From Cenococcum geophilum (lineage: Eukaryota): 64,000 bases of DNA. Location: positions 7,440,001 to 7,504,000 of the forward strand of contig CP158636.1 in assembly GCA_050273025.1 (NCBI GenBank), given 5' to 3'. The notes beneath the pieces were generated by a model, which had not been told where the DNA came from, searched no databases, and saw nothing but the letters and a program-made list of their open reading frames with translations. Positions 1-11,393 of this stretch are shown here, one piece after another; the first letter of the stretch is position 1; each line of letters starts with the position of its first letter. Made by a program: the position numbers and the translations under genes.

Positions 1-63
1 GGGTAAGATGCGTAAGTATACTTATAAGTTAAAGCAGCGGTTAGAACAATAGTACATTATATT

Positions 64-395
64 ACCACCGCTAGTAAGGAGAATGGCTGACCTATACCAG
101 CCCTACCCTTATAAGGTGGCGAGGTGTTAGGTAATAGATATATAGTTCTTATAGTTGGCTTCTAAACTAGAGCAAGCATATTAATAGCAGGAAGTATTTA
201 GTTAGCGCTCTGTAACGGCTTATATTCTAAATAGTATATGGCTATAATAGAATATATATATATACATATATACATATATAAGGTGGCGAATTCCGTAGGT
301 ATCTTTATAGAGTTTAAGTTAGTGGTTAGAGGTTAAATTATAAGGCTATAAGGCTAAGGCTGGCGCGCTTACCAAGACTTTACACAGCCATAGGC
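64..395 (+). repeat. Repeat 'B' copy 1 (unclassified ~190 bp element, RIP'd, split by an insertion at 123-276)
   Basis: ccaccgctag...taccctt-ataaggtggcgaattc...ggctaaggctggcgcgcttaccaagactttacacagccatag matches 12890-13060 and the reverse complement of 3530-3712. Confidence 0.75.
123..276 (+). mobile_element. 5'-truncated non-LTR retrotransposon (LINE/SINE-like) 3' end
   Basis: Flanked by 13-bp direct repeat TATAAGGTGGCGA (110-122 and 277-289); ends in aatagaa(tata/taca)n, a RIP'd (TACA)n-type tail. Confidence 0.55.
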
Positions 396-1269
396 GTGGC
401 AGCTACTGTAAGTAAATTATGCTGTAATAATTAGTCCCAGCTGGTGCGGAACTTTCCCGTATATTCCGCATGTTATTACCTAGCCTATGGCTGCGCATGG
501 ACCTTTTTAATCGCGCTAGTACGCATTCTAGTGGCGATGGCCATTATAGCTAATGCAGAGTGTTCTATAACGCGTACTATCCTTTTGTACCCGCCTGCGA
601 CTCTTGAACGCGTGCGACGAAATACAAGCGGCTTGCAGCATGCAGCATTTAATAGACCGCATTAACACCCCTTTATACGCCTAACCGCAGACACACAGCT
701 ATATTTTTAGGCCATTACCTTAACCATCTTACCTCTACCACTGCTCTCCAACTCTATTAGCGACTAATAGCACTGTTGATTGTGTCTATAGTAGTATACG
801 TCTGCTCGCAGACCGGGAACGTTAACGAGCCTTACCCTCTACGTTGGGGCCGGTATTCGTATTATTACCGGCGTTACTTCCCTAAACCCCTCGCGCTGCG
901 CCCTTCTGCCCGCCTATACTCGCTCCTTATTTACCTCTTAACGCCTTTAACCCGTCCTCTTAATACAACTCCATTTCTATCCGCTATCTGCGCTTCACTA
1001 TAAAGTTAGGTGCTTCCTCTTAATACATAGCTTCGCTAATTAGTGGCTTATAAAAAGAAGACACTAAGCATAACCTTTCCTTTTAAAGATTATTATTCTT
1101 ATCTTAGTACCCCCTACTACGCCTTGCCTTTAACTACTCCTTTTATACCGACCTTACACCTCCTCTCCAACCGACCTTATTTCCTCTTCTTTAAGTTAAT
1201 TGTACTAGGCGCTATATTATCTTTCCGAGTAATTACTAGTTAATTCTATTAGGGACATTGTAGAGGAAG

Positions 1270-2145
1270 ATGTAGGAGTCTATTATATAATGGCCACTTA
1301 GTTTAGATGTTAAGGATCTAGTTGGCGCAGGTATTATGGCGATTGTCGCGCGTCTTAATGCCGTCGTTAAGTTCTTCGGGCCGTCGGAATCGCACTTCTT
1401 AGAACGGGAGAAGCTTATCTATTAGCGTCTTGGTCGCGACCACAGCGGCATTATTTAATATTTTGGCGTCTTAGAAAATACTATTATCTTGTAGTTTATG
1501 AGCCAGATATCTATTAGGCAATATATTATAAGATAGAAATAGGTTCTACTTTCTCTTAGGCTTTGTTAGGTTAAATAACTTTTTAATACTGTGCGGTTTA
1601 TCTATTTAAGAAGCGTGTTCTATGGCGATATATTGTGTAATAATATTTTCCTTAATGATAATCTTGATGTGTAGCTGGGTGATTTCGCCGGATCGGCCAT
1701 TGATGACTATCTACTACTTGTTTGTTATAAGACTAGTTATAAACTTCCTAGCGAAGATATCTTAACGAAGACCGAGCTTTTTGCCCTTAGCTCTACTACT
1801 TATAAGATAATAACTGGCTTAAAGCTATATAAGGATCTACCCGACCATAAAATATCTACTGCTTTCTCTAAGGGTCGCTATCCTGATCTAGAATCTGTCT
1901 TTGTCTTTAGGAACACGATTATAGAATATTGGATGTAGCGCTATGCAACTACAGAAGAAGCCCTTTAAGATGTGAAATTAGAGGGTACGTTTAATTCTTT
2001 AGCTAAGCTGCAAAAGCTAACTATTTAAATAGTCGCTACTATTAAAGAGCCACGCATATACTGTTTCCACACTCTTTTTAGCCGCTAATTAATTTTGTTT
2101 CCTTTCTTTCTAACCATTGTTTCTCTGATTCCATTTATAGGCTAG
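1270..2145 (+). pseudogene. RIP-inactivated protein kinase
   Basis: Single frame with stops reads VFYGDILCNNIFLNDNLDV*LGDFAGSAID (HGD..N, DFAG), KTELFALSSTTYKIITG, GRYPDLES; GTACGT intron near 1985 then a hydrophobic C-terminus. Confidence 0.8.
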
Positions 2146-2669
2146 ATAAAGCGCTAGAGATTACTTTAATAATATATATCAGTAATATCCGTAGCCAATA
2201 TCTTCCCCTAACTTACCTGGACGGTTGGAGGCGGATATTCTGGGCAGTCGCTAGGTTGTTTAGAGGACCTAGTTATAATTATATTCCCGCTTAGGTCTTT
2301 AGCTAGAGAAGCATTAGGGCAATAATACCCGTTTTCTTTAGCCTTTTTGCACTTATTCTATTTTTAAACGTCTTAAATATAACGAGGCAGAGCTCTGCAA
2401 TTTTTGTAGTAAAACGATTGATTAATATAATAGCACATCTTAATTATAAAGATTAATGGATTTGAGGCTAATTAATGAATTGTTGTTAAGATAATTGCTT
2501 AACGTTAAGACTCTAAGTTAAGCTGTGTTGCTGCCTCTAGATATGCTAAGGTAGTAATATATACTTTATTCTAGAGTCGGATTTTTATATATCCTAAGTG
2601 TCTATAATAGAGGAAAGGCTCTATATAGCCATAGATCTGTTAGCCACTATAAGTAAATTATACCGCGAT

Positions 2670-3050
2670 GATTACGTGGGACGTGTGGGGCTGTTTAGCA
2701 CTAGCCGAGGTACCGATTAGCGTGGCGACCTTGCATGAATTTAGGCGCCACAGCGGACACAAGGCTGGTAATGACTTACCGCGCTATTATAAGGCTCTTA
2801 GGTTCGGATAACACCTCTCTATAAGTATTGTGAGTGGTAAGAGCTTATAAGTAGTGCTACAGTGAAGGAACACTGTTATGCGCGAAAAGAAGGTTCTTTA
2901 TAACTTAAGCGTGAAGGTAACAATACAAACGTAATTTTTAGGTGGGAGGTCTTGGATGTTTATAAATAGCTATAGTATATAATTTATAACTATAGAACTA
3001 TAGTAACTATTAACGTGTGCGAAGAAACCGGGTTGCTTAAAGTTAAAGTA
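2670..3050 (+). repeat. Repeat 'A' copy 1 (lacks the terminal ~60 bp)
   Basis: Colinear with 21190-21605 and inverted relative to 3100-3490 (ggcgaccttg..., aaggctcttaggttcggataa, gtggtaagagctt, gcgtgaaggtaacaatac, gttaaagta). Confidence 0.8.
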
Positions 3051-3490
3051 ACGTCCGTCCTTGCGTCGCGGAAAACCCACCGTACCGGAAAATATAAGGG
3101 GTACTTTGACTTTAAGTAACTATAACTCTGCGCACACATTATGCTTTACTATAGTTATATATAGCTACTCTGTAATATTCGAGACCCTTTATATCTATAA
3201 ATTACGCTCGCATTGTCGCCTTCGCGCCTTATTTGCAGAGAGCCTCCTTTTAGAGCGTAATAATGTCCCTTTACTATAGCACCACTATTAAGCTCTTACT
3301 ACTTATAAAACTTATAACAGGGTCTTATCCGAGCCTGAGAACTTCGTTACGATGTTAGGAAGTCATTATTAGCCTTGTGTCTACTATGGTACGCAAATTT
3401 ATGTAAGGTCGCCACGCGGGTTACTACCTCTAATTAAAGCGATTACTAATTCCGGCTAGTGTAAAACGACCCCGCACATTCCACGTGATA
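3051..3490 (-). repeat. Repeat 'A' copy 2; candidate left long terminal inverted repeat
   Basis: Begins TA|ACGTCCGTCCTTGCGTCGCGGAAAACCCACC; inverted match over ~440 bp to 21190-21656, which ends GGGAGGGATGT|TA. Confidence 0.75.
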
Positions 3491-3529
3491 TCTAGGAAGT
3501 AATTTACTTACGTCAATCAAGCAAGTCCA

Positions 3530-3712
3530 AGCCTGTGGCTGTACGGAGTCTTGGCAAGTGGGCCCGCAGCCTTGCGATCTAACTTAACCTTAGCCATGCG
3601 TCTGGTCAACCAACTCAACTCTCTGAAAACGGCTACAGAATTCGCCACCTCACAAGGGTGTAGCCAGAGCGGGTCGGCCACCCTCCCTGCTAGCGGTGGC
3701 GGTGTGCCACCT
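3530..3712 (-). repeat. Repeat 'B' copy 2 (little RIP)
   Basis: Reverse complement gccaccgctagcagggagggtggccgacccgctctggctacacccttgtgaggtggcgaattctgtag matches 12893-12960. Confidence 0.85.
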
Positions 3713-4039
3713 GAACTAAAGTTGAACTGCCACCTGGTAACTATACTGTTAGAAGTGTGCAATCACAGCTTTTTATGGTCACGTGAAGGTGTCATAAGTA
3801 CCTTTCAGGTGATCTACCTCGCGTAGATCCCTGCGATCTGCACCATTTTTAGGCCTCTTTGGCCGATGCATACTATCTACAAAGGCAAAGGGATCCTAAA
3901 TGGAAACCCACCTAAAGGTGTGGTTACTTCGCATTTCCACTTGGGGAAAGGGGGTGTTTAAATTTTCTAGAAGACTCCCCAAAGAGAGGCAGAAGTGGTC
4001 TCTATTCGCCACGCGCTCCGTTTCGGCCGTTTCTTCTCA

Positions 4040-4180
4040 GTCTTTTGACTCTGCGTCCCAGAGCCGGACTGTCTTATCATGACGCCGATGCCGACGCCAC
4101 CGACTTGACATCCGGCAAGAAGGCTACGGCGCTGACAGAGTCGGTATGGCCCTTAAGCGTCTGCAGCGCCGCTCGGTACA
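4040..4180 (-). pseudogene. HET-E/NWD-type WD40 repeat remnant
   Basis: AALQTLKGHTDSVSAVAFLPDVKSVASAS, then after a frameshift HDKTVRLWDAES: one complete fungal NLR-type WD repeat. Confidence 0.8.
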
Positions 4181-4332
4181 GGATCTCTAGAAGTTCCAGA
4201 TACTCCTTCTCCTTTGCAGCTACGATAATACTGGCAGCGGCATTGAAGACATAACCCATGGTCTAATCCTGCTCTTTCGAATAGGCTGTCGTCAACGCAG
4301 ACATAAACTCCACCTTTTGCTCTTTCACAAAC

Positions 4333-7300
4333 TCAAGAAAAATCCCTGCGATTGCTGGCGAGGGCCGACTGTAGCACTTTGATAATGATATCTGACAGCT
4401 TCTGTGTCACTCCCTCAGTCTCAAAGCTATATCCTGCGTGAAAAATCCTCATGTCGACCCCGGCGAACTCTCCGAGTCTGACAAGCTCTTCTGCTCTGCC
4501 CTCCAGAACCCCATTAATAAGTTGCTCTTTGTGGTACATGATTACCGCATTCCACATTGTTACACATATTCTGGCCATCACATCAAACAGGCCGTCGAGG
4601 CCCTCGGTTATTATCTGCCCGAAAACCTCAATGGTGGCTTGGGTGAATTGCTCGATCTTTGCATCATCGCCCTTTCTGAGACCAACTTCAAAGTCTTGGA
4701 TAACCGTTCCGAGCAACTGACTCAAGCAGTCATCCCTTGTGTCCTCACCCAACCTGTCGACATCTCTCATGGCGAAAGTCCAGAGCCGTGCAAGGCTATG
4801 GACTAAGGGCTTGTAATGTGCGCCCTGACCAACTGCCGTGGCCAATAATTGAACCCCGACTCTAGCCAGGCGTTTCGCTGCTTCCATTTTGTTCTCGGCA
4901 AGGCAAGCCTGTAATTCCTTGGCACGAGCGTCAATGAGAACCCTGAGCATCTCATCGCCGAGATCGTCCTGTACCTTGTACAGGGCTTCCGTCCAGGTCT
5001 TCGATATCAGCTCGACCGCCGCCACATTCTCCCTCTCCATCGCGTAAGCCAGGATGGACACTGCCATCTGCGTAAGGCGATCCAGGGTTTTAAAGGCAGG
5101 GTTGGTGCTATAGAAAGGAAAAGCGTCCGTTCGTAATCTAGCTACCCTGGAAACTTTTCGTCTGGTCTTAACTTTCTTGCTGGCTTGAGACCTCCTCACC
5201 TTGTTGAAGATGCGGATAAAGATATCCAGCAGGGCCTGGGTCAGACTCCTGAGAACATTGATGGACGAATGCGTATCCATGACAGACTCGCCGGCTTGTG
5301 AATCATCTCGGGGAGTCGTGAGGGAGATTACATCTTTGAAAACCTGCTCGCCAACAGAAACCAGCATCTCAAGGAAACCGTCCTGGTGCATCTTGATCGC
5401 ATGCTCAATACCGCACGTGTAAGACGAAAAGAAGATCTCCATTCGTTTCTCTTCATTGGCTTTCAATGCATTCCTAAACATCCACAGAGGAGGTTCGAAG
5501 ATTCTAAAAAGACCTTTTGGGCGACGGACTGTGTCTCGTCCACTGGCATAGTTATTTCTACTATCAGCTTCGGAGGCATGATCTGACGGCTCAGGTGCTG
5601 TACTTGCCCCGCATTTGGCGAGGAGATCCATGATGTCCGTATGTCTTCCTCGCCCTGCCTCCTGGAATGCGGTTCCATTGGGCCCCTTGATGTCAACATT
5701 CGCTCCCTTATTGATCAGCATCTCAGCCAAGTCCAGATGGCCGTATTGAGCAGCAACATGTAGAGCCGTTGTAAATCTGCCCCCTTGAGCGTTGACGTCC
5801 ACATTAAACTGAAAGAGGATCCGGAAGATCTCCTTGAAATCAGTCGAGTCCATACCCTGAAAACATCCAGCTGATGCGGCTTGCAAAGGGTTTCCGTAGT
5901 CTCTGCTCATCTTTTTGACGTCAAACCTATTTTCGAGAAGCATTTGCACGATTTCGTGTTGACCATAAAAGGCTGCCTCATGAAGAGGCGTGCCGATATG
6001 TGGTCCAACTACATCTAATGATCCAGCTGATTTACTCTCCAGGATTATAGAAACGCACTCCTTAGATCCCTGTGAGGCTGCCGCATGTAACGCCGTTCCA
6101 AAATCGCTCATGATTGTAGCGTCTGCTCGCGCTTTAATAAGCTTCCTGACAATGTCTGCATGGCCCTTGTACGAGGCCACTATCAACGCAGTTCCTAACG
6201 CCTTTCTGTGGCAGTCGACCTTCACATTCTTCGTCTGCAGAAGCTCTGTGACCACATCTAGATCTTCTTGGTGTGCGGCATGGTACAGAGGGGTGCGACC
6301 TTTATCATCTTGGGCGTTGATGTCTGCTTTATATGTGATCAGTTTCTTCACCGTGTCTAGGACACTCCCTTGTTGGCCGTCGATGGCCCAATGCATTGCC
6401 GTGAACCCATTCCCGGCCTGAGCATCCTTTTCCAAAAGACCTTCGCGATCCAAGACATCGAGGAAGTCAAACAAGCCAAAGTAACTGATTATATGTGTGG
6501 AACGAACACCAGTGGCCATGACCACGTGACGGCTGAACAGGAACACCTGAAAGGCGAGCAGCATATTTTGTACTTTCTGGCACAATTCAAGCAGGCGGTT
6601 CAGAGATTCGCTCATACTTGACCGGGTGTGACAAGCCCACTGGGTAGAGGCAAACTCCAGCAACGGATTATCGCCCAGGCATGTCTTGAGAGGACTAGGA
6701 TCGTAAAGAGCAAGATAACTCCGTGGCCCTTCCGAAAACCTGTCGCAGCATAGATATGACAAACAGATCTCTGCCAGAAGGGCATGATCACTGGTCTTCT
6801 CCAATGCAAGACGTTGGTGCGGTTGATCGCCAGTCGTTAGGTATTCGTAAACGGAGGAATGGGTGAATCGAAAGACACGCGGGTCCTCGTCCATCACCAC
6901 GAGATATCTGCAGATGCGAATGATTTCTTTTGGACTGCGCTTCAATCCATCTAAGAAGTCCGTGTCGAGTCCATTCTTGGTTGTGTCCATGGCGACAGCC
7001 TCCAGCAAGGCGTCCACTGCAATTGGTCTTGTCGCGTGGATGAGCAAGGTCAAGGTCTTTCTGGCAATTATTCGCTCGTTTGGGGCTTTGGAGAATTTTT
7101 CCATGATATCCTTGTAGACGTCCTGCATTCCCTTCGGCAGAGCGAGTCCATTGACATAATTAAGGATATTAATGGGCGCCGTCTCAGTGATCATTTTCAT
7201 CTGTAAAGAAACCCACAGGAACCTGGTCTAAATTTAGTATAGCATATTTTAACATGTACGGTCGAAGAGCGAAATGAAGAAACACAAAGCGAAGGGCTAC

Positions 7301-8306
7301 TGACATTCCATTCGCATGTTCGGTTAGATTTTCCAGGACCTCTTCCTGCCAATTCACGTCGTATAGAGGGTTTTCAATGCGCAATTTCTCGAGTTTACTC
7401 CGCACGAAATATCGGATATCATCGACGTTATCCCTGAGCCCGATCTCGATGGTGTGAACTTTAGTCTGCTTGTCAACCGTCCTGATTTTTTTAATGCCAA
7501 TCGTATCACGAGAACTGATGAGAATCTTAAAACGGGAGAGACTGGAATCTGGCTGGTATTCCCCGATGAGGGTGTCAATCAGCCAGTCGCGATTGTTCCG
7601 GTCATATTCGTCCACAGCATCGACGACGATGTACACAGAAGACTTGGCCTCGTGCCGAAGATAACGGAACAGAGACGCTTGAATCTCGCTTTCAAACTGA
7701 TGGTCTTTGGTGATTTGGGTCGGAGTTTGCACCGCTTCATGGTTGCGACGGATGATTTGTTTCGCAAATGTCCGCAGGAGAGTTTTTCGGTCCTTGAGTA
7801 GAAGATCGGTCGCGCTGATGTAGAAATAGAGCAGATGGATCTCTTCCCGCTTATGAAGCTCATCGATGATTCGGGACCTACACCGCAGATGGGATTAGCC
7901 TTTTAACTGGCCTGAGGGCATTAGCATAGCAGCATCACTCACACGAGGGTTGTCTTGCCGCAACCAACTACTGCGTGGTTAACCCAAGCACCCACCAATC
8001 CAGTCCAAGGAACACCAACCCTGGCCATGGATCCAGAGAACAGAAGTCCTCACTTCCTCTCGATCCCATTCCTTAAGCTCGTCCCTTTCCAGAATCCAGT
8101 CACAGGTCCCCAGTTCCCGATCTCGCTTGATTTGGTCATGGCGAGTAGTGTAGTCTTCTTTATCAGTCGCTTGGGAGCGTCAGTGAGCTTTTCTTTGGGC
8201 AGGAACAAACAGGTGATGTACCGAGGTTAATGTTACCGAGGTTGATGCCTACCTCGAGGCCATAGTTAGTAGTATTTTTGAAATAGCTGGACAAATTCTG
8301 GGCCAT
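4333..8306 (-). CDS. NLR: N-terminal PP amyloid motif - NACHT - ankyrin repeats - helical C-terminal domain (~1240 aa, 5 exons)
   Basis: Exons 8306-8222, 8169-8020, 7967-7943, 7877-7305 and 7222-4333 join in frame across GT..AG introns. Motifs: GTCDWIL, LWIHGQVGCGKTTL (Walker A), YIVVDAVDE (Walker B), ANGMFLWV, FTHSSVYEYL, several ankyrins (GRTPLYHAA, GTALHAAA, GTPLHEAA, TTALHVAA). The true C-terminus may be frameshifted near 4350. Confidence 0.88.
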
Positions 8307-8432
8307 GTTTTCGATGTCAATGGGCCACCGACTCCCCGTGATCAAGAAAAAATGTATATCAACGATTGATCTGACTTGCGAGCCCCAAAGCCATAACAAC
8401 TATTGATAAATACATGACCTGGTGACTTGCTG

Positions 8433-8524
8433 CGTGACCAGCGTGGCCAGCCGTGACCAACGTGGCCAGCCGTGGCTAGCGTGGCCAGCGTGGCCAGCGT
8501 GGCCAGCGTGGCCAGCGTGGCTGG
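8433..8524. repeat. Tandem 9-10 bp repeat (CGTGGCCAG)n upstream of the NLR start
   Basis: About 10 near-identical units visible directly. Confidence 0.9.
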
Positions 8525-8632
8525 TTCAGCTCACCGAAATAAACAAATAAAGGAACAGCATTTTCCTCTGGCTGTCTGTAGGACGAAGAGCATCAGCAGT
8601 CATGATTTAAATCTGAGCTATTGGTATAACTA

Positions 8633-11198
8633 ACGTAGCTTATGGGTTTTTGACGGTTGGGGGGTTTTTGACGGTTTTTCTTACCGCTTGCCTATTTAAG
8701 TTTAGCGACTTATACTGCCGCCCCAAGAATCAAAACAATTAATTCCTCAATAATGCTTGATCTATATTTAAGAAATTTACCATTAACGTCACTATGCCCT
8801 ACTAGACTCGCAAACCTGATGCGGACCAGAGGATTAAGTTAGAAATTACTGGCTTCAAGAATGGCCTCTATAAAAGCCGGGAAGATGCTGCAAAGTCTTA
8901 CGGCGTTGACCCAAATAAGAGTATGGTGCAAAAAAGGTGCATAGAGGCGAAAAATTCGCTTATTTTTTCTAAGTCATTTTGCGTGCATTTTCAATCACGC
9001 CTACGTACAAAGTAGTCCCAAGGCTTAACACTATACCAAAACTCTAAACAATCAATATTTTGTCGCCAATCCTTGACATTTAATAACTTCCTTGCACTTC
9101 TCCTGCATATTCTTAATATATTTAAGTGCCTAGCATAGATCTAGCTCGTCCCAAAGGTCCTAAACTACCTGCTTAAGCTCCTTAAGCGACGTTGGAAAGG
9201 GCTCTATCTGTGCAATCTATGCCTTTATCCACAACTAGACCTTCTTAATAGGATTTAGATCTGGTGAGCTTAGAGGCCAATTGTTACTAAATCCTTTAAT
9301 ACCAAGCCTTTTACGAACTGCCTTTGCTGCCCCCTTGTAAACCGGCGTACTATCTTCCATAAATATAGTATCGGGTTCCATATCTTTAAGGAATGGGCCA
9401 ACTACTGCCTTTTTTTAGGTTAGTAGAGGTTTAAAATAGCAGAGAACAAATACTTACTTTAAGGACCTGCTCTGCGTAATCTCTGCTATTAATCCCTTTC
9501 TTGCTATGTCGTCTCTCCAAAAACACAAGCTTGGACTTCCACCTCTAACCAATCGCTCCCTATACTATAAAAGACGTCCTCCCTAAGCGAAATACTGATT
9601 GTATATAATTAGGATAAGTCTTCTCGCCGGTCCTTCTTGTAATATATAGCCTTCCTTACTCGCCGGTGATAAAGCTGCATTCGTCTAACCATATCACTGT
9701 TACCCACGCGTTAATTGACCAAGTAACGTAACGTTAGGCCTAATTAAGGCGCTTTTGTTGCTGTTTATTGCTGATAAAGGGACGTCGACAGGCTATACAG
9801 CGATAGTAGCCGTGCCTTTGGAGTGCGCGGCTAAGGGTATACCGTAAGGCTTTAAGATCTAGTTGCTTAATTAATCGTGCGTAAGTCATGCGTCTACCGT
9901 ACTAGCCCTGTCAAATTAGTTATGTTACGTAGCGGACAGCTCATTCCAAGAGCTTATAATTGCGTCCAGGTGCTTTATAGCGGCGATTGCGTTTAGATGT
10001 AACGATGCGACTGACTGCTGATTGAGATATTAACACGCCGTGCTCAGTATTCATCTTTTTAACGATTTGAGGTTGTAAAAGACCCGCATTGCTGTATGAT
10101 CGGACCCGTACACGCGTAGGGGTCCTAAAATAGCTCTTTGGAGCCGGCCCACGGGCCGGGGAGCTCATTGTCGCGTGTTAAAGCTTGAAGAAGTTAACGC
10201 GGTGGTAATGTTTTGGATTTTTTAGGCGGTCGTAGGTGGCAGTATACACAGTACGCAGGCATGATTAGTTTTACCGCAAAATGACTTGGAAAAAATAAGC
10301 GAATTTTTCGCCTCTATGCACCTTTTTTGCACCATACTCTTACATTGCGCAGGCGACTCAACGGCAAACATAAATCTCACAAAGTCGCGCATACTCACCT
10401 GCAACGACTACTACCCCCTGCGGAATCTGCGGCCGTGCGACAGTGTATATACCTTGCAAATGCCGGCTTTTCTGCTTATGAAGGCAATTGTTGCTGCTAG
10501 AGAGGCTATAGAGGAAGCTAAAAAGAACGCCAAGGAACAAAGGAAGCAATCTAAAATTAAGCGGCAGGAGGCAGTAATACTATATAAGGAAACAGGTTAA
10601 GGCACGGAAGGAGGCTCGGACTGTCGCATTAGAGGCTAAGAGGAAGGCAGAGCAACACCAGCGGCAGTTTCGAGCAGCGCTGCTGGCGTCAAAGAAGGCA
10701 CAGAAAGCTTTAGAGACTGCATCTAGGATAGCGAAGAAGACAGCTGAGGCACGAGAGGAATTTAGGAAGGCAGAGGATCAAGCTGCGTCAGCTAAAGCAC
10801 TTGCGATCGCTGCGCAATCAACGGCAAAGGCATCTACAATTACATTTGAGGCAGCAACGGCTCACTTAAAGGCTTTAATAGCAGCTGCAAAAAAGGTAGA
10901 TGAAGAGGTTAATACGCAGGTAGAGGCAGAGGACGGCGAGCAGAGCAATTCAAGCGACAGTGAGGCGTCAGATGAGGACGTTGGCATGGATATGGGCAAC
11001 GTTCGAGTAGAGCTTCCAATACAACCACTATAAAATGTCGCGATAGAGCCTTGATTATGTGAAACTAAAGCTTCATTTTATTAATATTGTAGATAATGCT
11101 GCATGATGCCTTTTTTTGGGGAAATGCCTGTAATTGAGCATTTTGAGGCATTACTGTAGTTTTGATGTTCAAAACCGTCAAAAACCCATAAGCTACGT
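8633..11198 (+). mobile_element. Internally deleted Fot1/pogo-type DNA transposon
   Basis: TIR ACGTAGCTTATGGGTTTTTGACGGTT at both ends with TA TSD (8631-8632, 11199-11200). Removing the nested element restores an HTH frame SREDAAKSYGVDPN|TLRRRLNG...HLQRL; no DDE domain, the frame jumps to a coiled-coil tail. Confidence 0.85.
8918..10340 (-). mobile_element. Tc1/mariner (DDE_3, impala-like) transposon, RIP'd, nested in the pogo remnant
   Basis: ~65-bp TIR AGAGTATGGTGCAAAAAAGGTGCATAGAGGCG..., TA TSD (8916-8917, 10341-10342); minus-strand motifs VIWLDECSF, FMEDSTPVYKG, WPLSSPDLNPIKKV*. Confidence 0.9.
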
Positions 11199-11323
11199 TA
11201 CATACTATAATTGGGTGTAGAGCCATGATTACCAACTGCCTGTATTCCAGTCATGGTACCGCCAGTGAAGCGCCCAATTGCAGAGCGAATGCCTTGTCAA
11301 GGCAACACTGCGGCTTCGTCGAA

Positions 11324-11390
11324 CGACCAGCTTGATAGCTTCGTCGCAAGACCAGCTTGATCGCACGACTGGCTTGATCGCATGACCAAC
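11324..11390. repeat. Short tandem repeat (~17 bp GACCAGCTTGATCGCA-like, 3-4 units)
   Basis: gaccagcttgatag...gaccagcttgatcgcacgactggcttgatcgcatgacca. Confidence 0.7.
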
Positions 11391-11393
11391 GCT

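Noticed and set aside
3061..3826. ORFs within repeats A and B (also 25846-26241)
   Set aside because: Frames are not preserved among the copies; no recognisable motifs
4438..8230. Many short ORFs overlapping the NLR
   Set aside because: Antisense or alternate-frame shadows; 7184-7732 is explained as part of exon 4 of the spliced gene
8433..8524. CRISPR-like array
   Set aside because: Contiguous 9-10 bp units with no unique spacers; eukaryotic context; no cas genes
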